A stretch of DNA of 64,000 nucleotides from positions 52,864-116,863 of the forward strand of contig JACKPZ010000007.1 of assembly GCA_024233135.1 (NCBI GenBank). Direction: 5' to 3'. The position numbers were made by a program, and so were the translations under genes. The stretch's first letter is position 1, and each line of letters opens with the position of its first letter. This document shows positions 1 to 10,935 of this stretch, in pieces. Under the pieces are notes generated by a model. That model did no database searches. It was not told where the DNA came from and saw only the letters and a list, made by a program, of their open reading frames with translations. This DNA comes from Akkermansiaceae bacterium (GTDB lineage Bacteria > Verrucomicrobiota > Verrucomicrobiia > Verrucomicrobiales > Akkermansiaceae).

Positions 1-1243
<1,243 letters not shown>

Positions 1244-1292
1244 TGGGAGAGGTGGCTGGTATTCAGTGTTCGTGTTTCAGCAAAAGGGAGAA

Positions 1293-1685
1293 TCAGAAGG
1301 CGCGGGCGAGGCGGTCGAGGCGGCCCTGGACGGAACCGTCGAGCACGTCGTTGCCGACGCGGATGCGCAGGCCGCCGAGCAGCTTGGGCTCGACCTTGTA
1401 TTCGACGTTCAGGCCGGTGCCGTAGTCTTTCGCAAGACCGGCCACCACGCGCTGGCGGGAGGCTTCGTCGAGCGGCACGGCGCTCTCGATGACCACGTTG
1501 CGGCGGTCCGCATCGAGGCGGGCGAGGCGCTGGATCGCGACGAGGATGGCGCGGTAGTCGCGGGGTTTCTCCTCGACGAGCTTGGACACCACGGTGCGCA
1601 TGCGGGACTCGTCGAGCCGGCCGCCGACCATGCAGAGGCCGAAGAGACGGCGGGCGTTCGAAGCGGCGACCTTGGAAATCTTCAT
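1293..1685 (-). CDS. atpH: ATP synthase subunit delta (short form)
   Basis: C-terminal LLGGLRIRVGNDVLDGSVQGRL motif; position between atpF and atpA. Confidence 0.92.
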   Translation of the reverse strand: MKISKVAASNARRLFGLCMVGGRLDESRMRTVVSKLVEEKPRDYRAILVAIQRLARLDADRRNVVIESAVPLDEASRQRVVAGLAKDYGTGLNVEYKVEPKLLGGLRIRVGNDVLDGSVQGRLDRLARAF

Positions 1686-1711
1686 CGTCGGGTGCGGTGG
1701 AAATCAGTGGA

Positions 1712-2251
1712 TCAACCTTCGACCTTGGCGAGCGCCTCTTCGTTGATGCGCTTCTGGTCGTCTTCGTTGAGAACCTTGCCGGTGACCTGCGAGGCGGTGG
1801 CGGCGACGAGGCGGCCGAACTCGCGCTTGATCTCGGCGCTGATGCGCTCGCGGTCCGCCTTGGCGGCGGCTTCGGCCTTGGTGAGGATCTGCTGGGCCTG
1901 GGCGATCGCCTCCTGGGCCTTCTGCTCGGAAAGCACGGCGGCGCTGGTCTTCGCCTCCTCGATGAGACGGTTGGCGTCCTCGTTCGCCTTGGCGATGGCC
2001 GCGGCGGTCGTCGCCTCCGACTCGGCGAGTTGTTTCTCGATGCGCTTCAGTTTCTCCTCGCCCTCGGCGATGCGGAGACGGCGCTGCTCGAGCATCGCCT
2101 GGATCGGACCGAAGGCGAATTTCTTCAGGATGAAGACGACGAGCAGGAAATTGATCACCTGTGCGATGAAGAACGGCGTGTTGAGGCCGAAGGTCTTCTG
2201 GATCGTATCAAGGACGGACGCGTCCCCGGCGGCGGCGAGAATGGTGATCAT
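1712..2251 (-). CDS. atpF: ATP synthase F0 subunit b
   Basis: N-terminal TM (QVINFLLVVFILKKFAFGPI) followed by an Ala/Glu-rich coiled coil; operon position. Confidence 0.95.
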   Translation of the reverse strand: MITILAAAGDASVLDTIQKTFGLNTPFFIAQVINFLLVVFILKKFAFGPIQAMLEQRRLRIAEGEEKLKRIEKQLAESEATTAAAIAKANEDANRLIEEAKTSAAVLSEQKAQEAIAQAQQILTKAEAAAKADRERISAEIKREFGRLVAATASQVTGKVLNEDDQKRINEEALAKVEG

Positions 2252-2320
2252 GTCGGAAGGAAAGTCGTTGGAAAGGTGCGCCGCACGCGCCGGAGCGGCA
2301 CGTGCGGCGGAAGGGGATTC

Positions 2321-2512
2321 TTAGAACGGCACGGCGAAGGCGGAGAGGATGAAAATCCCCTCGATGAGCGCGGCCAGAATGATCGAGATCACGAGGATCG
2401 GGGTGGCGGCGCCGGGATTGCGGCCGGTGGCTTCCGCGGCTTTGGCGCCGAGGATGCCGATACCGAGACCGCCACCAAGGGCGGCGAGCGCGACAGCGAA
2501 TGCTTTGGTCAT
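2321..2512 (-). CDS. atpE: ATP synthase F0 subunit c (63 aa)
   Basis: GGGLGIG motif, GRNP loop, ion-binding Glu in ALIEG. Confidence 0.95.
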   Translation of the reverse strand: MTKAFAVALAALGGGLGIGILGAKAAEATGRNPGAATPILVISIILAALIEGIFILSAFAVPF

Positions 2513-2586
2513 TGGATTCTGTGTGTTTGTTGGTTGTGGTATCCGGCGGCCCCCACGGTCATGCCATGGTCAGACCGCAGAAAGGA

Positions 2587-3453
2587 TCAATGGTGGGCTT
2601 CGTCGCCGTGGTCGCAGATCAGTTTCAGGAAGATCGCGCCGAGCAGGGTGAAGACCAGGGCTTGGACGAAGCCGACGAGCAGCTCCATGAAGTAGAAGGG
2701 GAGCGCCGGGAGGAACGCGAGTTTCTCGGGAACCAGCGCCATCAGGGACTCGAGCGTCTGCTCGCCGCCGTAGATGTTGCCGAAAAGACGGAAGGTGAGG
2801 GCGACCGGGCGGATGGCGATGGAGATCATTTCCAGCACGCCGACGAAGAGGAAGATCGGGATCATCATCGCGAGCATCAGGCCGCCGAAGCTGCCCTTCG
2901 GTGCGAAGATGTGGGCCATGAAACCTTTCAGGCCGTTCTCGCTGATGGCCCACACGAACCACATGATGGCGAAAACGGTGGCCATGGCGGCGGTCATGTT
3001 GACGTCGGCGTTGCCGCCGCGCAGCCACGGCGTGAAACCATGGTGTCCGTGGGCATCCACCGTTTTCCAGCCGACCGTGCCGACCCCGGGGATCAGACCG
3101 AGGTAGTTGTTCACCAGGATGAAGAAGAACACGGTGCCGAAGAACCAGAAGGTCCGGGACACCAGGTGTGGTCCGAGCAGGCCGCCGAGGAAGTCGTAGA
3201 GAGACTCCACGCACCATTCTGCGAAGTTTTGCAATCCCTTGGGAACCAACGACATCTTGCCGGTCGCGGTGCGGCAGAACAAGACGATGAGCAGGGTCGC
3301 GATCCACACCATGATCGTCGAGTTGGTGAACCATCCCCACAAGTGCTGGGCGTCCAGCGGGAGAGCGTGATGCCCGCCTCCGCCGGCGGCGAAAGTGGGT
3401 GCCAGACCGGCGAGCCAAAGGGCGGCCGTGGTGGTGATGGAACGACGAAACAT
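2587..3453 (-). CDS. atpB: ATP synthase F0 subunit a
   Basis: RPVALTFRLFGNIYGGE and ELLVGFVQALVF motifs; start placed at ATG 3453 (MFRRSITT). Confidence 0.95.
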   Translation of the reverse strand: MFRRSITTTAALWLAGLAPTFAAGGGGHHALPLDAQHLWGWFTNSTIMVWIATLLIVLFCRTATGKMSLVPKGLQNFAEWCVESLYDFLGGLLGPHLVSRTFWFFGTVFFFILVNNYLGLIPGVGTVGWKTVDAHGHHGFTPWLRGGNADVNMTAAMATVFAIMWFVWAISENGLKGFMAHIFAPKGSFGGLMLAMMIPIFLFVGVLEMISIAIRPVALTFRLFGNIYGGEQTLESLMALVPEKLAFLPALPFYFMELLVGFVQALVFTLLGAIFLKLICDHGDEAHH

Positions 3454-3590
3454 GCGGAGAGGGACCGTTTTGCGACGGGGCGCGGGGTCTTTAAGAACCT
3501 CCTTGCTGCTCCGCAAGTTCTTTTCAGAAAAAAATCGAGGATTCGGCGGCGCTGTCCGGGGCCGCGTTCCAGCGGCCTGTGCGGTGGGGG

Positions 3591-4985
3591 TTAGAAGGGC
3601 TGCCGGCTGTTGTGAAACGCGAGTTCGGCCGCCGGCCCGCTCAGGAGCCCGCCCGGCCCGGCACCGGCGGTTGCGACGACCCGGAACCCATGGTCCATCG
3701 CCTGGTCCAACATTTCCTCCGCCGGCAGGCAAAGGCGGCCGCCGGTTTCCGTCAGTTGGAAACCCACGCCGCCGATCCCGTGGTAGGCCCGGTAGACGAC
3801 CTCGGTGCAGACCATCCGGTCGGCCGTGCGGAAGTCGAAGAGGAAATCATACGGCTTGCCCTCGTGTTCCAGCGCCCGGCGCAGCACGGCCGCCGCATCG
3901 ACCCCCGGAGGTCGGACGAGCACGGCGGCATCCACCTCCAGCGTCTCGGCGGCGTCCCGTACCCGCACGCCGTCTTTTTTCGCCTCCAGAAACCACGGCC
4001 CGTTTCCGTGCGCGGGCGGTAGCTCGATGCCCAGCGCCGCAAGTTCCTTCCGGCATCCCAGATACAATGCCGCGTGCGGCCAGTGCCCCGGCAGGAACCA
4101 ATTGCTCAGAGCGTCATCGTGGCGGGTCACCACAATGTCCGCCGGCCGCGCCAGCCGGAGAAATCCGTCGCGCAGCTCCGGCCCGATCCGTTTCGGCACT
4201 CCCGCCGGTTTCGCGCCGGGCTGCCGCAGGTCGGCGATCGCCCGGCCGGACACCTCGAACAGCCCGCCCATCACTTGTTTCCATGCCGAGCGGTGGCGCC
4301 GCAGGAAGGAAAACCAGCGGTAGGACATCCGGCGCCTCACCGCTTCCCGCTTCCGTCGTTCGATCCGCGGCCGCTCCTCCTCCAGAAGCGCCACCACGGG
4401 GGCGAGCACAGGGTCTTTCGAGAGCGCCGCAAGTTCCCCGCGATGGCGCTCCAGGTATTCCACCGCCAGCAGGAACCGGATCGCTTCCTCCGGATCGCTC
4501 ATCGCCTGATAGATCCGCGTGAAGGTCTTGCGCGGGATGCCGCAGCGGGGATCCTCCTCGTCGAGTTTCTTCCACACCACCGGGCGCTCCGCGGCGAGAT
4601 CCACCAGGTAGCGGTCCGCCCGCCGCAGCACGCAGGTCGCCGCGAACGCGGTTGCGAAGGCCGCCGTTTCCGGTGTGCCCGCCGCCGGGTCACCCAACGA
4701 GCGGATCGTCTCCAACAACGAGGTCCGCAGCATCAAGTACTGCGAGTATCGTAGCCGCACCAGCTCGTCCTCGTCCGGCAGGAAATACCCGCGGGCGCAG
4801 GCGGCATCGAGGGCCGCGAGCTCGAGCGCGAGGTCCTCGTGTCCGGGCACGGTGCGCGCCGCCGCGCCCACTGCGGCGGCATCGCGTTCGATGGCAGGGC
4901 CCTCCCGGATTTCCTTCACCGCGTGTTTGATGGACTTCGCGGGCCGGCGAGTCAACCCGCGCGGATGACTCCGAGCGGGGCCCAT
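3591..4985 (-). CDS. YiiX/YebB-like permuted papain (NlpC/P60) family protein with a helical N-terminal extension
   Basis: DIVVTR...LPGHWPHAALYLG...GKPYDFLFDF...MVCTEVVYRAY; His precedes Cys, the permuted order. Confidence 0.8.
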   Translation of the reverse strand: MGPARSHPRGLTRRPAKSIKHAVKEIREGPAIERDAAAVGAAARTVPGHEDLALELAALDAACARGYFLPDEDELVRLRYSQYLMLRTSLLETIRSLGDPAAGTPETAAFATAFAATCVLRRADRYLVDLAAERPVVWKKLDEEDPRCGIPRKTFTRIYQAMSDPEEAIRFLLAVEYLERHRGELAALSKDPVLAPVVALLEEERPRIERRKREAVRRRMSYRWFSFLRRHRSAWKQVMGGLFEVSGRAIADLRQPGAKPAGVPKRIGPELRDGFLRLARPADIVVTRHDDALSNWFLPGHWPHAALYLGCRKELAALGIELPPAHGNGPWFLEAKKDGVRVRDAAETLEVDAAVLVRPPGVDAAAVLRRALEHEGKPYDFLFDFRTADRMVCTEVVYRAYHGIGGVGFQLTETGGRLCLPAEEMLDQAMDHGFRVVATAGAGPGGLLSGPAAELAFHNSRQPF

Positions 4986-5087
4986 GACGGTCTTTGGAAG
5001 TCAAGCCCCGGCTGCGGGAAATCCTTGGAAACACGCGGGATTTTCTCTTGCCAAGGGGGGCGGCGGGGAACAAAAACTCGCGCTGCC

Positions 5088-5363
5088 ATGAATAAAGCTG
5101 AACTCATCGATTCCATCCAGAATGCCCTCGGCAAGGACGCCACCAAGCGCGCCGCCGAAGAAGCTCTTGACGCCGTTCTCTCTTCCATCTCCTCCGGAGT
5201 GAAGAAGGACAAGAAAGTCCAAATCATCGGTTTCGGCACCTTTGAGGTGAAGGAGCGCGCCGCTCGCACCGGTCGCAACCCGAAGACCGGCGAATCCATG
5301 CAGATCCCCGCTTCGAAGTCGGTCGGGTTCAAAGCCTCGTCCGTGCTGAAGAACAGCCTGTGA
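5088..5363 (+). CDS. hup: HU family DNA-binding protein
   Basis: MNKAELID...IIGFGTFEVKERAARTGRNPKTGE. Confidence 0.96.
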   Translation: MNKAELIDSIQNALGKDATKRAAEEALDAVLSSISSGVKKDKKVQIIGFGTFEVKERAARTGRNPKTGESMQIPASKSVGFKASSVLKNSL

Positions 5364-5395
5364 TCCGGAGGATATCTGATCTCACGTAAAAACTC

Positions 5396-5432
5396 GAAAA
5401 CCCCGGCCCTTCCAGGCCGGGGTTTTTCTTTT
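5396..5432. terminator. Intrinsic terminator, probably bidirectional
   Basis: AAAACCCCGGCC-loop-GGCCGGGGTTTTT between convergent genes. Confidence 0.85.
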
Positions 5433-5454
5433 CAGAAAGTTCGGAGGTTTCCGC

Positions 5455-5781
5455 TCAGAACCACGGCTTGCGGCCGTTGACATAGGTGGCCACGAACTCG
5501 TCGTCGCCTTTCGTCAGATAGAGGATGCCTTCGATGAGGCCGATGGGCCCCATGACGATGCCGCCGAAACCGCAGGTCAGAACGGTGACGAGCAACATGA
5601 TGAGGCCCTCCTTCTGGTAGCCGAGGTAGAACTTGTGAATGCCGAGGCCTCCGAGGAGGATGCCAAGCAGGCCGGCGACCAGTTTCTTGTCGGCGCCGGG
5701 AGCCGGCGTCGGGTTTCCGGGGGTTGGGGCGGGTGCGGGCGGTGGAGCGGGATTTGCGGGATCGGTGGACATGGTGGGCAT
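5455..5781 (-). CDS. TM2 domain membrane protein
   Basis: KKLVAGLLGILLGGLGIHKFYLGY...IEGILYL. Confidence 0.9.
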   Translation of the reverse strand: MPTMSTDPANPAPPPAPAPTPGNPTPAPGADKKLVAGLLGILLGGLGIHKFYLGYQKEGLIMLLVTVLTCGFGGIVMGPIGLIEGILYLTKGDDEFVATYVNGRKPWF

Positions 5782-5822
5782 CTTCTACTAGAGCGGTGCG
5801 CGCCAACGCAAGATCAAGCCTC

Positions 5823-6500
5823 ATGAAACCACGCATCACCCTGGCCGAGACCACCCTGCCCGACGATTCCCCGCTCAAACTCGAGGAGCACGACGGGCGG
5901 ATGTCGCTGGTGATCCATGGCCAGCAGATCTGCGGGCCGGCTACGCGGTCCACCGAAGAGGAACTCGCGCGCCTCGCCTGCGCGCCGTTCCGCCCCGCGC
6001 GCCAGCCGAAGCTGTGGTTCGCCGGTCTCGGCCTCGGACAGGCGCTCGCCGCCGCGGCGGACGAGTTGAAGCAAAAGCGCGCCACCTTCATCGTCGCCGA
6101 GCCGATGGACGATCTCCCGCGCTGGCACCGTGAGTTCCTGCCGCAGGGCGTTTTCGCCACCGACGGCCGTGTCACGCGCGAAAGCGATTGCGGCCCGGCG
6201 GCGCTGACTTCGCGCGAGGGCGAGTTTCACGCGATCCTTCTCCACCTGGAAGTCGCCCCCGCCAGCGAATCGGGCAAGCCCTTGCCCGACGACCCGCGCT
6301 GGCTCTCGGCGGCCTTCGGTGCCCTCCAGCCCGGCGGCCTCCTCGCCATCGCCGGTTCGCGCCCGAACGCCCGGCTCACCCGCACGCTGCGCCGCTCCGG
6401 ATTCGACGTCGCGGAGCACAGCGTGCCGTCCTCGCCCAACGCCCGCCGGCCGCGCATGCTGCCGATCTGGCTGGCGCGGAAACCCGGGCGCGTGGAGTGA
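5823..6500 (+). CDS. Spermidine synthase-like SAM-binding fold protein
   Basis: SEEELARLAC-like segment, GLGLG motif, ALQPGGLLAI; start at ATG 5823. Confidence 0.7.
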   Translation: MKPRITLAETTLPDDSPLKLEEHDGRMSLVIHGQQICGPATRSTEEELARLACAPFRPARQPKLWFAGLGLGQALAAAADELKQKRATFIVAEPMDDLPRWHREFLPQGVFATDGRVTRESDCGPAALTSREGEFHAILLHLEVAPASESGKPLPDDPRWLSAAFGALQPGGLLAIAGSRPNARLTRTLRRSGFDVAEHSVPSSPNARRPRMLPIWLARKPGRVE

Positions 6501-6566
6501 TTCCGCCGCCGGGACGAAATCGCCGGATTGCTTTTCCGTGCGGCAAGTGCTTGTTTCCGGCCGTCC

Positions 6567-7967
6567 ATGTTGTTCCGCCCGTTCTTCTGCCTGCTGGTTT
6601 CCGCTCTCTGCCTCCCGCTCCACGGTGGCGAGGTCACCTTGGAAACAAAACCCTTCGACGTCATCCGCAGCTTCGACGCGAAGGTCATGCCATCCGGCGA
6701 AACCACCTACCTCGAACTGGTCCCCGAGGCGTGGACCGATTTTGAAATCGTCACGCTCGTCCCGCACGGCGCGAAGGTGGCCGAAGGCGACGTGCTCGCC
6801 GCGTTCGAGACCGAGGATGTCGATCGATGGATCGAGGACAAACGCGCGGGCATCGCCGCCAAGGAGATCGCGCTTTCCACCGCCAAACGGAATCTCGACG
6901 TCCTCCAGAAGACCGCCGCCCCGCGATTGGAAGCATGGAAACGGGCGGCCGCCATCGCCAAGGAGGAGAACGAATATTTCAAGACCGCCCGCCGCAAGAC
7001 CAGCGAGCAGCGTGCCGACCAGGCGCTCCTCCGCGCCGAGTGGCGCCTCGCCAACGAAAAGGAGGAACTCGATCAACTCCAGCAGATGTACGCGGCGGAC
7101 GACCTCACCGAACAGACCGAGGAGATCATCCTCACCCGCCAGAAAAACTCGGTGCAGGACGCCGAACTCGCGCTGAGCCTCGAGAAGCTCGATCACAAAC
7201 GCACCCGCGAGGTGCAGCTCCCCCGCGAGGCCGTGAACCTCGCCGAGTCCGAGCGCGACAGCGCCGTGCAGGCCGCCAAGCAGGAAAAGGAGATCCCCGA
7301 AACCATCGAGGCGACGAAACTCGAGGTGGCCGCCCTCCAACGCGGGCTCGAGCAGGAGCGCAAGCAACTCGCCGAGGTGGAGCGGGACCGCGCGCTCTTC
7401 GAATTCAAGGCCCCCGCCGCAGGATGGTTCTATCACGGCGAGATCATCGACGGCCGCTGGACCACCGGGGATCTAGTGAAAACCCTCATGGTCCACGGCA
7501 AGCCGATGCTCAAGCGCAAGGTCGCCACCTTCGTCCCGGAGTCATCGGAGAAACACCTCGTCGCCCGCGTCGATGAAGCCACCGCCCGTTCGCTCGCCGA
7601 GGGCGCCGTCGGCGTGACCACATTCCCGGGGCTGGAGGACGCGCCCGTCGAGGCGTCCGTTTCGGCCATCGCCGTTTCCCCGGACCTCGACGGCACATGG
7701 CGCGTCGATCTCGCCGCCAAGTGGCCCGAAGGGCTTTCGGTGCCCGTCGGCTCGCAGGCCCATGTCCGGATCGTCGCCTATCACAAGGACGCCACCATCG
7801 CCGTGGCCAGCAAGGCGCTGTCCTTCGGCGCGGACGGCTGGTCGGTCGAGGTGAAGCTCGCCGATGGCAAAACCCAGCGCCGCCCGGTCACCCGCGGCCG
7901 CGTGAACGAGTCCGACACCGAGATTCTCGAAGGGCTGGAAGAGGGCCAGGTGATCATCGTGCCGTGA
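6567..7967 (+). CDS. HlyD/efflux periplasmic adaptor-like secreted protein
   Basis: Signal peptide, VPHGAKVAEGDVL lipoyl-like half-motif, long coiled coil, C-terminal EILEGLEEGQVI. Confidence 0.75.
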   Translation: MLFRPFFCLLVSALCLPLHGGEVTLETKPFDVIRSFDAKVMPSGETTYLELVPEAWTDFEIVTLVPHGAKVAEGDVLAAFETEDVDRWIEDKRAGIAAKEIALSTAKRNLDVLQKTAAPRLEAWKRAAAIAKEENEYFKTARRKTSEQRADQALLRAEWRLANEKEELDQLQQMYAADDLTEQTEEIILTRQKNSVQDAELALSLEKLDHKRTREVQLPREAVNLAESERDSAVQAAKQEKEIPETIEATKLEVAALQRGLEQERKQLAEVERDRALFEFKAPAAGWFYHGEIIDGRWTTGDLVKTLMVHGKPMLKRKVATFVPESSEKHLVARVDEATARSLAEGAVGVTTFPGLEDAPVEASVSAIAVSPDLDGTWRVDLAAKWPEGLSVPVGSQAHVRIVAYHKDATIAVASKALSFGADGWSVEVKLADGKTQRRPVTRGRVNESDTEILEGLEEGQVIIVP

Positions 7968-7992
7968 CCCGCGGCTCCTCCACTTCGTCCCG

Positions 7993-9156
7993 ATGATGCC
8001 GTCCCTCCTGTTCCGGCGCGCCGCCCTGGCGTTGATGCTCGTTTCTCCGGCTGGAGCCGCGGAACGACCGCCCGCCACCTTGGAGGCGATCGACGCGTCG
8101 ATCCGCCGCGGCGTCGATTTCCTCATCGCCGATCAGAACAAGAACGGCTCGTGGGGCGGACCCACCCGCACCAAGGGGCTCAACATCTACGCGCCCTTGC
8201 CCGGAGCGCACCACGCATTCCGCGCCGGCACCACCGGGCTCGCACTCGCCGGCATGATCGATGCCGCCGACCCGCGGCCCGAAGCGCGGGCTTCGATCGA
8301 CCGCGCCGCCGTGTGGGCCGCCGCCGAGCTGCCGAAGCTCCGCCGCGCCGACCAGACGACCACCTACAACGTCTGGGGCCACGCCTACGGCCTGCGGGCG
8401 CTCACGCGGCTCTATCAGGAGGCGGACGCCCCCGCGGAAAAGGAGACGTGGAAACGCCTCGCCGCCCAGCAGATCGAACTCGCCGACCGCTACGAAGAAG
8501 TCAACGGCGGCTGGGGGTATCTCGATCTCTACGACGATGTCACCACCAAGCGGCCGTCCGGTCTGCCCACCTCCTTCACCACCGCCACCGTGCTGCTCGC
8601 GATGCACGAGGCGTCGGAAACGATGGGCCTTGAGCTTGATCCCAAGTTGGTGAAACACGCCCTGCGCGGCATCCGCATGCAGCAAACGCCGGATTTCTCC
8701 TACACGTATTCGTTCCCGCACCGGAACTACCCGCGTTCCGACATCAACCGCCCGGCCGGTTCGCTCGCCCGCTCGCAGGCCTGCAACGCGTGCCTGCGCG
8801 CCTTCGGGGACGGGAAGGTCACCGACGAGGTGCTCACCACCTGGCTCGATCGTTTCATCGCCCGCGAGGGATTTCTATCCAACGTCCGCAAACGTCCCGT
8901 CCCGCACGAAGGACAGTTCCGCATCGCCGGATATTTCTATTACTACGGCATCTACTATTTCACCGAGTCCGCCCGGTTTCTGCCGGAGGAGAAACACGCC
9001 GGCTACGCCCGCCAGCTCGCCGCCATCATCCTCGAAAAACAGGAGTCCGACGGCTCGTGGTGGGATTATCCGCTCTACGACTACCACCAGCCCTACGGCA
9101 CCGGCTACGCGCTCATGGCGCTGGCGTGGTGTCGTGATGCGATGAAAGGCTCTTGA
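7993..9156 (+). CDS. Secreted prenyltransferase/squalene-oxidase repeat (alpha/alpha toroid) protein
   Basis: GVDFLIADQNKNGSWG and ILEKQESDGSWW QW-type repeats; signal peptide. Confidence 0.75.
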   Translation: MMPSLLFRRAALALMLVSPAGAAERPPATLEAIDASIRRGVDFLIADQNKNGSWGGPTRTKGLNIYAPLPGAHHAFRAGTTGLALAGMIDAADPRPEARASIDRAAVWAAAELPKLRRADQTTTYNVWGHAYGLRALTRLYQEADAPAEKETWKRLAAQQIELADRYEEVNGGWGYLDLYDDVTTKRPSGLPTSFTTATVLLAMHEASETMGLELDPKLVKHALRGIRMQQTPDFSYTYSFPHRNYPRSDINRPAGSLARSQACNACLRAFGDGKVTDEVLTTWLDRFIAREGFLSNVRKRPVPHEGQFRIAGYFYYYGIYYFTESARFLPEEKHAGYARQLAAIILEKQESDGSWWDYPLYDYHQPYGTGYALMALAWCRDAMKGS

Positions 9157-10144
9157 ACAAGCGGTCGAAGTCGCCGCCGCATCGTTCTAACAAATCACGG
9201 ATCTCCGGCATCCGCGCGGCGTAGATCTTGAGCGAGACGATGTGGCCGTTGTTGATGTCCTCCTCCATCCAGCCTTCCAGCCCGCGACCGCCCCAGCGGT
9301 CATGCAGCTCGCGGAATCGCTGCTTGAGCCGCGCGAAGACGACTTGTTTCCGCTCCCGCATGGATTCCGCCGGAAGTCCGGACGCGTAGAGCGTTTCCAG
9401 TTCGTTTTTCGACCGCTCGATCTCCTGATAGAACTCGCGCCGGCGCACCAGCAGGCCCTCGTATTTCCGCAGATCCGCCACTCGGCCTTCCGTGGCGAGC
9501 CAGCGCCGCACGCCCTCCTCGGCCACCACGTTGGCGAGGCATTCGTTGAACTCAGTGTCGCCCCAGCGGAAATAGCGCCGGTGGGTCAGCTCGTGGAAGA
9601 TCGTCTCCGCCAGATGGATATCCGGGTAGTCGATGAACGTGTTGAGCAGCGGGTCGTGAAACACCCCGAGCGTCGAGTAGGCATCCACGCCGCCGAGGTG
9701 GACGTCGAGTGCCTCTGCCTTCAGTTCGTCGCGGAGCTTCTCGGCATCGGCCTCGTTGAAATACCCGCGGTAATCGAGGCTGCCGACGAATGGATAGAAC
9801 CAAGTCTTCGGCTCCACCGAAAACTCCGGCGCCGCATACACCACCCACACCACGTGTTTCCGCCCGAGGTCGGCGTAGCGGCCGTAGCTTTCGTCGCCCG
9901 GCAGGGCGAGGTGTTCGCTCGCGAAACGCCGCATTTCCTCCACCTCCGCCAGCCGCTCCCGCAGGTGCGCCGATGTCGCCGGGTCCGCCGCCACCACCTC
10001 GTTCGGCCGCGCCTTGCGCAGGATCTCGATCTGCCCCGCCGCCGCCTGCCGGTAAAACTCCACCGTCGAACACGACGGGAGCGTCAGCAGGGCGGCGAGC
10101 GCGGAAATCCGGAGCATGGCCATGGATAGACGCGTCTTCCCCAT
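9113..10144 (-). CDS. Putative Zn-dependent aminopeptidase lipoprotein
   Basis: Lipobox-like LPSC, AYSTLG, FHELTH (HExxH) followed by FNE; start codon uncertain (10144 or 10117). Confidence 0.8.
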   Translation of the reverse strand: MGKTRLSMAMLRISALAALLTLPSCSTVEFYRQAAAGQIEILRKARPNEVVAADPATSAHLRERLAEVEEMRRFASEHLALPGDESYGRYADLGRKHVVWVVYAAPEFSVEPKTWFYPFVGSLDYRGYFNEADAEKLRDELKAEALDVHLGGVDAYSTLGVFHDPLLNTFIDYPDIHLAETIFHELTHRRYFRWGDTEFNECLANVVAEEGVRRWLATEGRVADLRKYEGLLVRRREFYQEIERSKNELETLYASGLPAESMRERKQVVFARLKQRFRELHDRWGGRGLEGWMEEDINNGHIVSLKIYAARMPEIRDLLERCGGDFDRLFKSLSSHHDTTPAP

Positions 10145-10212
10145 CGGTCCAATCCGGATGCCGCCACGTTCGCGCATTGTAACATCCCCGGCGTTTTCCG
10201 TAAGAACACGGC

Positions 10213-10911
10213 GTGACCAGCGAACATGGCGGACGGACGGCACCCGGGTTTCCCGCCACGCGGTGGTCGATGGTCGCCGGGGCCGCGGGTGAGGCGGAGT
10301 TCTCGCTGGAGGCTCTGTGCCGGCAGTATTGGCAGCCGGTCTATGCCGTCGCCCGTCTCGCCGGAAACGATGTGGAAACCGCCAAAGACCTCACCCAGGG
10401 ATTCTTCGCGAAGCTGTTGGAACACGGCTGGCTCGCCTCCGCCGACCGCGGGAAGGGCCGCTTCCGCACCTTCCTCGTCACCGCGCTGAAGCGATACATG
10501 ATCAACGAATGGCACCGCGACCACGCGGCGAAACGCGGCGGCTTCGCCGAAACCGTGCCGCTCGACGCCCCGCTCGCGGAGCGCCTCGGCTCCTCCGAGT
10601 CCGGGCTGTCTCCGGACGCCGTCTTCGACCGCCGCTGGGCGCTCGCCCTGCTCGACGCCGCGTTGCTCCGCCTCGAGGCGGAAACTCCGGATTTCCACCT
10701 CCTCAAGAACACCCTCACCGCCGGCCGCGGCGAGACCGACTACCCCGCGCTCGCCGCGCGCCTCGGCACCAGCGAAGGCGCCGCACGCGTCGCCGTCCAC
10801 CGCCTCCGCAAGCGCTACCGCGCCGCCATCCGCGACGAGGTCGCACGCACCGTCGCCGACGAGTCCGAGGTGGAAACCGAAATGCGCGCGCTGATGGACG
10901 CACTGCGGTAA
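10213..10911 (+). CDS. ECF RNA polymerase sigma factor (kinase-associated PVC type)
   Basis: FPATRWS, LCRQYWQPVY, DLTQGFF, KGRFRTFL, FDRRWA, VHRLRKRY; directly upstream of a Ser/Thr kinase. Confidence 0.9.
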   Translation: MTSEHGGRTAPGFPATRWSMVAGAAGEAEFSLEALCRQYWQPVYAVARLAGNDVETAKDLTQGFFAKLLEHGWLASADRGKGRFRTFLVTALKRYMINEWHRDHAAKRGGFAETVPLDAPLAERLGSSESGLSPDAVFDRRWALALLDAALLRLEAETPDFHLLKNTLTAGRGETDYPALAARLGTSEGAARVAVHRLRKRYRAAIRDEVARTVADESEVETEMRALMDALR

Positions 10912-10935
10912 CAAACCAACTCGTTTCCTGAATCC

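Noticed and set aside
7993-9156. Squalene-hopene cyclase or terpene gene cluster
   Set aside because: Single short domain with a signal peptide, no DxDD motif, and no isoprenoid genes nearby.
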